Positions 31,691-41,814 of a stretch of DNA of 64,000 bases are shown here, piece by piece (the first letter of the stretch is position 1; the number at the start of each line of letters is the position of its first letter). Source of the stretch: an uncultured Rivularia sp. (lineage in GTDB: Bacteria > Cyanobacteriota > Cyanobacteriia > Cyanobacteriales > Nostocaceae); assembly GCA_963665115.1 (NCBI GenBank), contig OY762007.1, forward strand, positions 4,896,001-4,960,000. Reading direction: 5' to 3'. The notes under the pieces are model-generated. The model ran no database searches. It was not told the DNA's origin and worked only from the letters and a program-made list of their open reading frames with translations. The position numbers were made by a program, and so were the translations under genes.

Positions 31691-31829
31691 TTTAAGTTTG
31701 GTTATCAATTATTACTTTTTATAAGCCTGTAAATAGGTTCTAAAAAGCTAATTTTTCGAGGATTACGAAGCCTTTATTCCTAATATAATTTATCGGTATT
31801 TTATCTTCTTACTATTTCCCGTTCCCTAT

Positions 31830-33155
31830 TCAAGAAACTGGTTCAACAATTGAACCCATAAATAAAATAGTTCCGGTTTGATTATCTCGAATCGTGCAGA
31901 AAAAGGGACGATTCACAATCATTTCAAATGGCTTTTGAGGTAGTTTTGCTGACAACATTCTTATTCCCACTGAAGTTGCGGCAGCAGCCTCCGTTCCCTG
32001 TTCATTAACTTCGACAAAAGTTTTATGTTTAACTTGACTAATTTTGAGATTATTTCCCATTTCTGAGAAATTTGCATTGTTGCTAAATGCTTCTTCCATC
32101 CCTAAAGCCGAAAGCGCATCTTTGAGTGTAGCTTCGTAATCCATTTTGAAGCGAGGTAAACGTATGGAGCCTTCTCGCTGCTCAAACTGAGACATCCATT
32201 TTTCCCAATTAGCTGCATTTAAGTTTTCATACAAAGATGTTAAATTAGAGTTTTGTTTGGGTAAAAATACATAAAAGCTGACTCTACCATCACCATAAGG
32301 TAAACTAACGGCTTGAAATTTATCGGTTTCGTAATATTTATATTCACCCGATTGTGACATCATCGGATGCTGTTTTTCCTCACCCGATGAAAGATAAAAA
32401 GGATAGTTCTGTGTTTTCTCTTGCTCAAATTCCTTCGTCCAATTACCTTTAAAATAAATTGCGTTAACTAAAAACAGTACTTGAGCGGGTTGAATTTGAT
32501 CTACAATTTTTTCTATTTTACCTTCTGTATTTTGTTTAACCCAATTATTTATTATACTGGGTGCATTTGCATCTGCAAAATTTATATTTGTTACTTTAGC
32601 TTGATAAAAATCTTGATTATTCTTAATAAATTCTGGTTTTAAGATAGAATTTTTATCTGCCCATAACGAATTAGCTATATTTAATTGTACTTGAGAATCG
32701 GGATTTTCTAAACTTGCTTTTAAGTCAGTGAAATTAGAATTTATTTGTTGCAAACTCATACCCTTTAATTCTAAAGCTTTAGCCATTGCTTCTTGAGTAT
32801 TACCACTAGCACCGTTGTAAGTCATGGCTAAAGCAAAAGAGATACTTGAAGGTGAAACAAATATATTTTTGTTACGCTCTTGAGTTAATAATTGGGAGAA
32901 TAAATTGAAGCCAAATTGAGTGTTGGCAGATACTAATTTTGTATCAAGTGATGCAGCTTTATCTGACATTGGTAATTCCGATTGTGGTAAAGAAGATTCA
33001 GCAAGAGCGCTGTTATTACTATTATTTAATTGAGAGCATCCGATCGCACCCATCAGCATAACGCTTGCAGCAGCAAGAACGTAACGTCTTCCCAAACTAA
33101 CTGCATAACGTCTTTGTAAAAAGTTTTGCCGAGCATTGCTAAAATTTCGTTTCAT
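31830..33155 (-). CDS. Serpin (probable lipoprotein)
   Basis: NIFVSP.SI, LVNAIYFKG.W, hinge EQGTEAAAAT, NRPFF, ILFMG. Lipobox-like AIGC. Confidence 0.95.
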   Translation of the reverse strand: MKRNFSNARQNFLQRRYAVSLGRRYVLAAASVMLMGAIGCSQLNNSNNSALAESSLPQSELPMSDKAASLDTKLVSANTQFGFNLFSQLLTQERNKNIFVSPSSISFALAMTYNGASGNTQEAMAKALELKGMSLQQINSNFTDLKASLENPDSQVQLNIANSLWADKNSILKPEFIKNNQDFYQAKVTNINFADANAPSIINNWVKQNTEGKIEKIVDQIQPAQVLFLVNAIYFKGNWTKEFEQEKTQNYPFYLSSGEEKQHPMMSQSGEYKYYETDKFQAVSLPYGDGRVSFYVFLPKQNSNLTSLYENLNAANWEKWMSQFEQREGSIRLPRFKMDYEATLKDALSALGMEEAFSNNANFSEMGNNLKISQVKHKTFVEVNEQGTEAAAATSVGIRMLSAKLPQKPFEMIVNRPFFCTIRDNQTGTILFMGSIVEPVS

Positions 33156-33418
33156 ATCACCACTAATATAGCCATTTGGGCTTTATCCCAACTATGACAT
33201 CTGAAATTAATCAATAGCTGTATGGTTACAGTTTTAGCAACAGAATCTAACAAGTATTTATTTAACTATTGAATATAAAACTTTAATATTTTAGCTATAT
33301 AGATTACAAATATAACAGACATATCTTATACTATTCCATAGATAGAAGCAAAATTGATTTAATTAATTGGCATTTAAAATATTATAATTAGACCTACGAT
33401 ATATAAGCTTTTGGTGCA

Positions 33419-35822
33419 ATGAGCGACAAAAACTATAATTCTCCAAGCAATAATATTCTCTTTCAAGAAGTTTTAAGACTTGTTGAAAATTTAATTATGG
33501 CTAAGACAGACAAACATCTTTCAAATATCGAGGTTTTAGTTTTACGCGGTTCTTGGAAAGGTCATAAATACAACCAAATCGCCGCTGAGGGTGGTTATAC
33601 TGACGAGTATTTAAAAAATGACATCGGGCCAAAACTTTGGAAACGTTTATCACTGGCTTTAGAAAAAAAAGTTACAAAAAATAATTTTAAAGCAATTCTT
33701 GAGCAATATATTTATCAAGCAGAAAAAGGAAAATCTATAGCTAATAAATTATTTACTAAAGAAAGTTTTCTCGAACCAAATAATTTTACACAAACACCAC
33801 AACCTACATATCATAATCTTCCCTCGCGAGACTATACAAGATTAGTTGGTCGAGAAGCCCAAGCAAAAAAACTTTTGGAATTACTTTCTTTTGAATGGTC
33901 AATTCCTTGTGTCAGTATTGAAGGAATTGGAGGTGCTGGAAAAACAACTTTAGCTTTAGAAATTGCTTATCGTTGTTTAAAAGCAAGTAATGATGTTTAC
34001 CTGGGAAGAACCTCAGAAAATAATCTACCCTCTTTTGAATTAATAGTATTCACCTCTGCTAAATCTCACTTTTTTACACCCACAGGCGTTCTACCTCGCT
34101 TAAGAAGAGAAAGAGGATTAGTAGATATTTTTACAAGTATTATACGTACAATTAGCTTTTACGATTCTCAAACAACAAGTTTTGAAGAAACCTACGAGCA
34201 AATTTACAAATGCTTGGCAAATATGCGAACTTTGCTGATTATTGATAATTTAGATACCTTAGAAGAACAACAGCAAGTACTAAGCTTTTTATACGAACTT
34301 CCTCCAACAGTTAAAGCTTTAATCACTAGTAGAGAAAAAACCCCTTTCAATACTGTTGCTCTATCATCTTTGACTAAAACTGAAGCTTTAATATTAATTC
34401 AACAGCAGGCAGATGAAAAGCAAGTAGATTTGAATTTGAAGCAGTGCGTTTCAACTCTATCAAACTACAGGAGGAATTCCTGCTGCAATTATCTATGCCA
34501 TAAGTCAGCTAGCCGCTGGTTATACCTTCGATAGTACAACTTCTCAGTTAATGCCAACTCAAGGAGACTTCTGCCGTTTCTACTTTGAAAGCTCCGTGCA
34601 GAAACTGAAAGAAAAAGCAGCACATAAATTTTTAATGGCTTTGTCACTATTTACTAAACCTGCTTACTCCGAAACATTAAAGGCTATTGCTGGTGTAGAA
34701 AATCCTTTGGATGTAGCTGATGGTTTCGCTAAGTTGCAACAACTTTCTTTGATAAATTATCGTCAAGGACGTTACGAGATGCTACATTTGACTCGTGAAT
34801 ACGCACTTTCGGAAATGTCTAGTAATCCTGAATTTGAAATCAGTGCGCGTAACCGTTGGGTAAACTGGTATCTTAACTTTGCCCAAGAGCATGGGTGTAA
34901 AGATTGGCGAGAATGGCAAGATTATCAACACCTTGAAAATGAATGGGATAATTTGACAGACGTGCTTGAATGGTGCATAGCAAATAATCGTTATTATGAT
35001 GCCTGCAAACTTTGGCAATACATGAAATGTTACACATATTCACTTGCCTATCGTCAAAATCGTTTAAGTTTTTGGAATGCGCCGTTGTTATGGTTAGAAT
35101 GGCTTGGTGAAGCAGCAGTTGAGCGCGAAGACTTTAAAACCGCTGCTGAAATAATTGGCGATCGCGCTTGGAAGTTGACGTTAATAGGGCAAGAGCAGCA
35201 TTTAGCTGTAGCTAATAATTTGTTTAGTCAAGCTTGGCAATTACATCAACACCTTACATTAGATATGCAAGTGGATTTAGCGATTCATATAGGTGTATGG
35301 CATATCCAAGAGCAGCAATTTTTGCAAGCAACTCACTGGCTTAATCAAGCTCAAAATTTATTAGATAATTCCGATAGCTTAGATAATCTTCAAATTGATT
35401 CTTATATTAAAACTCGCTTATCCTTACACATTATTTATTATCAAGGCGAGATCTATTATAAAACTGAAAATTATCAAGAAAGTAAAATTTTATTTAAACA
35501 AATATTTCAACAAGCTCAATCAATTGGTTGGAGACGTGCGAGTCTTCTTGCTAAAGACTTTTTGGCTGATATTGCGATTAAGCAGGGAAAATTAAAGCAG
35601 GCACAAAATTATTTAGTAGAAATTTTGCAAGTAGCAGAAGATAATCAAGATAAATGTAGCCGAGCATATACAAAGCGTTCTTTAGCTCGCTTGGAAAGAA
35701 AATTAGGCAATTTGACTATAGCCCAACGCTGGATAAATGAAGCAATGGCAGATTTTGAAACTTTAGGCATGAAGCCAGAAGTACGAGAAGCTCAAGCATT
35801 ACTTCAAGCTATTGAATCTTAA
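33419..35822 (+). CDS. STAND NTPase with N-terminal HTH, NB-ARC and TPR domains (about 800 aa); apparent +1 frameshift near 34450
   Basis: N-terminal HLSNIEVLVLRGSW...Y.QIA...GPKLWKRLS, then HNLP, Walker A GIGGAGKTT, Walker B LLIIDNLD and LITSRE. GGIPAAI appears in the frame of the second ORF. Helical TPR-like C-terminus. Confidence 0.85.
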
Positions 35823-36243
35823 TCAAATTAGATTTGAAAAGAGCTTATTTCCGAACAATAACTTATAATCAAGTGTATCGTATTTATTCTTGCTAAAAGA
35901 AAAATATAGCGTTATTGTTTTGCAACTTTTTTAATAATTGAAATTTATTTTTCAACTAAAATAACTACCTTTTACTTAACTTTTCCCTGCTGACAAATGA
36001 TAAATATTGCTTAATAATCTGAAAGTGTCATCTGTTTGTTACCTATAAAGTAGTTTGCCTTATTCAAGGTATACACAGTCTGGAACAAACTGATAGAGGT
36101 TTTTAAGTCAGGGTGACATCTTTTCTCACGCTTATAAAAAAGATAAGCATCACGCCAGGGGGATATATTTTATAGCATTTTGACAGCGACTTCAAAGTAT
36201 AGGGACTATATATCTAATTTTTATTAAAGTGTAACTAACAAGA

Positions 36244-36747
36244 ATGAACAATAATACAGTAAGTACTTTAGTAGTTATAGACCCCGCTATTAAAGATTTT
36301 CACTTATTAGAAAGACGTATTTCAGAAGGCATTATACCTCAAGCAGAAGTATTAGTATTAGAACCAAATAAGAAAGAAGTACAGCAAATTACTCGTACCT
36401 TACAAAAATACGCACAACTTTCATACCTTCATATTATTTCACAAGGTTCTCCAGGTTGTTTGTATCTAGGAAATAGTAGTTTATCCATGCATAACTTTAA
36501 CTACTTTGCTCCTCAATTGAAAAAGTGGCCAGTTAGCAATATTTTATTGTATGGCTGCAACGTAGGCTCTCAGACAATAGGCAAAAAATTTATTCTACGT
36601 TTGTACAAAACAACCGGCGCAAAAATTTCTACTTTAGTTAGCAGTTCGGGAATGCATACAAAAGTAGGAGTTGGTAATTGGACTACCAGTGAATATACAT
36701 TAATAAAACCAGAGTTATCAGTATTAACGGCATCGGTTAATCGTTGA
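36244..36747 (+). CDS. Stand-alone DUF4347 domain protein (copy 1)
   Basis: LVVIDPAIKD, LHIISQGSPGCLYLG, ILLYGCNVG, L...TGAKI. Confidence 0.85.
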   Translation: MNNNTVSTLVVIDPAIKDFHLLERRISEGIIPQAEVLVLEPNKKEVQQITRTLQKYAQLSYLHIISQGSPGCLYLGNSSLSMHNFNYFAPQLKKWPVSNILLYGCNVGSQTIGKKFILRLYKTTGAKISTLVSSSGMHTKVGVGNWTTSEYTLIKPELSVLTASVNR

Positions 36748-36935
36748 AGAAAATTAAATGGCGATTGTAGTATAGCCATTGAAAATAAAAAATAGATGGT
36801 TGTTAGTGGCAGCATCTTGCTCTCCGATCGCAATATCCGCAAGATGCTCCCGCTACGGAAATTAATTGGAACGACTATATCTTCTGGACTATTGAATAGT
36901 TGCATTTATTAATTATTTACTCTAAACAATATTTT

Positions 36936-37463
36936 ATGTTTAACGAGCAGAAAGTCAGCTTTGACACCGTTCGTACTTTAGTCGTTATTGACGATGCTGT
37001 GGAAGACTTTCAAAGTTTGGTTAAAGTTTTACTACCTTCATCAGAAATAATTGTAATTCAACCCAACCACCACGAAGTTGAACAAATTACTCAAGTTTTA
37101 AATAAATTTACCCAGATCCAAAATCTTCATATTATTTCTAACGGTTCACCAGGTTGTTTATATTTGGGAAAGAGTCATTTAAGCTTGTTTACTCTTAATA
37201 GCTATGCTTCTCAACTTAAAAATTGGTCAATTTTTAATATATTACTTTACGGGTGTAATGTTGCTGCTGAAAATGTCGGAAAGGTATTTATTCAACGCTT
37301 GCATTTATTGACAGGTGCTAATATTGGCGCATCAATCTGGAAAGTAGATGATGCAGCCAAAAGTGTTTGTTTGCAATTGAATTATTTTATCGGAGAAATA
37401 AACTCAAATTTGGCAATATTACCTCCAATATTGCATAGCAATTTAAAAGCCTTTCAAGATTAG
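36936..37463 (+). CDS. Stand-alone DUF4347 domain protein (copy 2)
   Basis: LVVIDDAVED, LHIISNGSPGCLYLG, ILLYGCNVAA, LTGANIGAS. ATG at 36936 preferred. Confidence 0.85.
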   Translation: MFNEQKVSFDTVRTLVVIDDAVEDFQSLVKVLLPSSEIIVIQPNHHEVEQITQVLNKFTQIQNLHIISNGSPGCLYLGKSHLSLFTLNSYASQLKNWSIFNILLYGCNVAAENVGKVFIQRLHLLTGANIGASIWKVDDAAKSVCLQLNYFIGEINSNLAILPPILHSNLKAFQD

Positions 37464-37532
37464 TAATAATAGGGAACAATAAATAATTATAAAAGAAGAT
37501 AAATCCAAGGTTATAAAAAAATATTCCTTGAA

Positions 37533-38054
37533 TTAATCTAGTAAAGATTCCATGCAAAAAACTTTACCAAAATCTACACGCGGTCGAGCAAGTTGTGTTA
37601 TCTTACCAATAGGTTGACAGTCAGCCGCAACGCTTTGTTTATTAGCAATATTCATACTTATTCCAAAGTGTTCTTGAAAAAGCACTTGGGTTTTCTCGAA
37701 ACCTTTTTGTAAGTTGTCTCGATCTATTTTCCCCCGCTCGCCAAAGTAAGGAAAATGATGAATAAACTTACCAAATAGTATTTCGCAGTCTTCAGCGTAT
37801 TTCATCGTATCAAGAATGTGAAAATGCCATACTCGGTCAATTTCTAAATTGGGAACAAGTTGACTGTTAGGGTAAAGGTGAATTAACAGCAAAAACATTC
37901 TATAATTTAATATAGCTTCTTCTGTTTGTTGAACATTCCATTTCTCTTCCTTAGAATGTATCAGTTTATAGGCAATTGGCTGTAAATCGAGCCGTGTTAA
38001 TTTTCCGATAAACATCCGCACATCGGTAGGTAAAGTAGATTTAACGAATAACAT
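37533..38054 (-). CDS. GRDP/DUF1399-like ('glycine-rich domain-containing') protein
   Basis: YRMFL.L...VP..EIDRVWHFHILDT.KY..DC..LFG.FIHHFP signature. Confidence 0.8.
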   Translation of the reverse strand: MLFVKSTLPTDVRMFIGKLTRLDLQPIAYKLIHSKEEKWNVQQTEEAILNYRMFLLLIHLYPNSQLVPNLEIDRVWHFHILDTMKYAEDCEILFGKFIHHFPYFGERGKIDRDNLQKGFEKTQVLFQEHFGISMNIANKQSVAADCQPIGKITQLARPRVDFGKVFCMESLLD

Positions 38055-38466
38055 TTCTGTTGCTCTTGGTAAAAGAATTGAGTAAAGAGAAAATTTAATT
38101 CCACATACTAAGTTCCGTTGAAATTAATTCTCTATCCGGGTTTTTTCTAATACAACGTTGTGTTTTATACTTACTTCATTTTAATGTAAAGTTTTGATGA
38201 AGAAGTTGGAAGTAATTGCAAGAATTCGCAAATATAAAATAACTAATTGACATTTGTCTAATTAGAAAATTGTGTTGATTTTTTATAGCGTTTTGATTAG
38301 GGTTTGCTGAATATGGGAACTCTAACTCCCTCAAAAAGGTCGGCTTTACGTAAGTCCTAATTAAGATTTCAATTCAAGATATTAAAAATCAACATACGAA
38401 AAAACAAGGGTATACAAAGTACCCTTTATTTAAATATTTAACTAAGACTAAACCAATTATTTATGA

Positions 38467-40072
38467 TTATTTAGATGCAGTCCACCAAGCTAAAGCATAA
38501 TTTTGAGTTGGTTCGTTGATGCTATTTTTAAATTTGACGCTAATTTTATAATTACCATCTTCAGGTACTTTACAAAAAATATGTTCTACGCTATCAACTC
38601 GGCTAACAGAAGCGCAAGCACTGCGATTATCTTTATCTTTTCCATCTGCTTTAACTAAATGCAAATCGAGATTATTTAAACCGCGATCGCGAAAAATCTC
38701 ACCTTTATCATATTTCCCATTCTTGTTAGTATCGCCAAGTTCTACCAACCTATCCCAAGCTAAAGTAACGGCAACAAAACTACCTTTTTGCAAAGATTTT
38801 GCTAAAGTATAATCGGCAGATGTTCCGGCGAAAATTGCCCGGTAATCCCAACCAATAGCGGGTACTGCTTTTTCTGGACTCCATTGTCCGGCACTAAACT
38901 GTTGATAAGCACGAAAAGCGTTTAAATGTCCGGTTCCCATTTGGGTATGCAAGGGAATTGCTGCATCTTTGTAAGCATCAGAATCCAACCAATCTTTATT
39001 TTGTTTGTCGATTAAAGTGCGAGTCATTCCCAACTTCAAGCCATTTCCATCATCTTTAATTTTCTCGCTGGAATTGAGCAAAACAGCTTTCATCACTTCA
39101 TGACGACGAGAATCAATACTCCAGGCAACTTTCTGTGATGATGATAATTTTTTCTGCCTGACTAACGTGCGATCGCCAAATTCTTGCAGCAAAGCCACAG
39201 TACCTGTAAGGTGAGGAGTTGCAAAACTCGTTCCAGTAACTTTTTTAATTTGTCCGTTTGGATTGAGTAAACTAATTCGATTTCCAGGAGCAACTATGCT
39301 GATAGTACGACGGGGACCTAAATTAAGTTCCTTCCCGGATAAACGTGCAGTCATTGACTGATTAATAGCCACCAAATTGGAAACATCAAGTTTTCTAAAC
39401 ATCTCTCCTCGGCGAGAGGAAAAAGCAACGTTCACTCCATTAAAATTATCTGTAGGAATGGGAATTCCGCCCTTACCTTGATTCCCAGCAATAGCATATA
39501 AAACATTATGAACGCGACTAGACCAATCAACGCATAATGTAAGTAAAGCTTTACCATCCAAAACGGGTTCCGGTCTGGGGGTCGCGGCTCAGAGGCTCGC
39601 CAAAGCTAAAGTTAATAGCACGAACATCATTACCATTTTGTAAAGCAATGTGTTGTGCCGAGAGACATTCCTCCGGTTGACCCATGCCCTTGGTAGAGCC
39701 GACAGCAGAAGAATACAAACGCGCTCCTGGAGCAACACCTCGAAACCCTTTGTCATTGCTAACCATCACCCCAGCAACATTATAGGCATGAGGATCGACA
39801 CCTTTATTCGATAAGCCAGGTTTATTACGTTGAAAAACACCCGCTAAAGTTATAGAACGATTTTTAGAAACAGATTTATCTACACCAAATTGACCCGGAC
39901 GACCAATTTCCACTTGACCCAGAGCAATTTTTCGACCAAATAAATTATATGGTGGTTGATGTAGCCTCAAAGCATCAATACCCCCACTACCAACAGAAGT
40001 AGTCAAAGCAAATACCGGAACGCTCAAGCAAGAAGCACTTAATCCCCAAATCACCCAGGTTAGTTTTTTCAT
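38467..40072 (-). CDS. Secreted S8 subtilase; apparent +1 frameshift near 39579
   Basis: Signal peptide, HAYNVAG, GVAPGA, AINFSFG, IAGN and GTSFATPH. The halves join (SRDPRPEPVLDGKA) after removing one base of a G5 run. Confidence 0.88.
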
Positions 40073-40287
40073 AAAGTAGTAGATAGTTGTTAGTTGTTAG
40101 TGGTTATTAGTTAGTTATTAGGAGTTAGGAGTTAGTAGTTGACAATTATCAATTACCAATTACCAATGCCCCATCCCCAATGCCCAATGCCCAATTCCCA
40201 AATATTTTATTTTGTTTTTTTTATGAGAAAAATATCAATATTTTGTTACAATGCATACAGAAGAGGACGCTTTAAGACCCCCTAGCC

Positions 40288-40998
40288 ATGATCAATAAAA
40301 ATTCTAAAAAACCCGTTGTTATCGCTCCATCCATTCTATCAGCGGATTTTAGCCGTCTGGGAGACGAAGTTCGCGCTATAGATGAAGCGGGAGCTGATTG
40401 GATTCACGTTGATGTAATGGATGGTCGTTTTGTACCTAATATAACGATAGGTCCTCTAATCGTGGAAGCGCTTCGTCCGGTAACTAAAAAGCCTTTGGAT
40501 GTCCACTTGATGATTGTGGAACCTGAAAAGTATGTAGAGGATTTTGCGAAAGCTGGTGCAGACCATATTTATGTTCATTGCGAGCATAATGCTTCTCCTC
40601 ACTTACATCGCACTTTAGGACAAATCAAGGAGCTTGGTAAAAAGGCAGGAGTTGTACTAAATCCCGGCACTTCTTTAGACATGATTGATTACTGTCTGGA
40701 TTTGTGCGATTTAGTATTGATAATGAGCGTTAACCCCGGTTTTGGCGGTCAAAGCTTTATCCCTGGAGTCTTACCTAAAATCCGCAAACTGCGTCAAATG
40801 TGCGACGAACGCGGACTCGATCCTTGGATTGAAGTTGATGGCGGACTCAAAGTAAATAATACCTGGCAAGTTTTAGAAGCTGGTGCGAATGCAATTGTTG
40901 CAGGTTCGGCAGTCTTCAAAGCCAAAAACTACAAAGAAGCCATCGAGGGTATTCGCAACAGCAAGCGTCCCGAAGAAGTTTTACCCAAGGCTTCCTAA
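40288..40998 (+). CDS. rpe: Ribulose-phosphate 3-epimerase
   Basis: [27 protein letters not shown] and EVDGG motifs. Confidence 0.97.
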   Translation: MINKNSKKPVVIAPSILSADFSRLGDEVRAIDEAGADWIHVDVMDGRFVPNITIGPLIVEALRPVTKKPLDVHLMIVEPEKYVEDFAKAGADHIYVHCEHNASPHLHRTLGQIKELGKKAGVVLNPGTSLDMIDYCLDLCDLVLIMSVNPGFGGQSFIPGVLPKIRKLRQMCDERGLDPWIEVDGGLKVNNTWQVLEAGANAIVAGSAVFKAKNYKEAIEGIRNSKRPEEVLPKAS

Positions 40999-41150
40999 CA
41001 CAAATTAATTAAATATTCCCATCACCTGATACCCCCTCCTCTTAAATTAGCGGAGGGAATTTTTTATCTCATTATAAAAATGTAGAGACGGGGCGCAATG
41101 CTACGTCTCCATTAAAGTCTGTATTAAAACCAATTAATTACATTTCAAAT

Positions 41151-41550
41151 CTAATCCAAGAAACCCATCAAAGAGAAACTATCATCAACTTCATTAGAAG
41201 CAACCGGACGATTACCCATAACTCTATAAGTTTCCGAAACCACTAGATCGCTCTTAGCAATAGGACGAATTCCAGATAGATTAATTGTTTCAGTAAACTG
41301 CATCTTATTAGCTGCGATGGGACGAATTCCCATAACATTCATCGTTTCAACTATTTGTAAGTCGCTGCTGGTAATCGGACGTTGCCCCGGCAGAGCAAGG
41401 GGGTCCGGTAATTTCTTTCGCAGAACCCTCTTTTACATTATCTGTACTCATGCTTTCACCTTTTATATTTTCTAGTTTTGAACTGGTTTTTGCTCCAGTA
41501 TTGGTTCGCCTTCGAGTACTGGCTCTTCTACCATTACTGCTTACGGTCAT
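41151..41550 (-). CDS. Hypothetical protein with 19-aa GxRP[IV] repeats; apparent +1 frameshift near 41401
   Basis: The two short ORFs join (TGPLALPGQRPITSSDLQIVETMNVM...) after removing one base of a G5 run. Confidence 0.7.
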
Positions 41551-41814
41551 AATCTTATACCTCTAATAGATAAATGAATTTAACTATGCTTTAGTAAATA
41601 AAAAATTTACTTTTATTCATCAAGTGTAACTTTAAAAAACCTTCTATAGGTATAAGTATCTTGAAAAATGAGACATAAGTCAAACTTAAGTATTAAGTAT
41701 TAACTATTGTAAAGATAAATGTATATAAATTATATTTTTTAGATTCAGATTCAAAGCTTCCCTATACGGCACTATTCGCTACCATTAAATAGGTTAAACT
41801 TTTTGCAAGCTGTG

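Noticed and set aside
36244..37463. DUF4347 pair as a DGR template/variable repeat
   Set aside because: Differences involve all four bases and look like ordinary paralog divergence. No reverse transcriptase is nearby.
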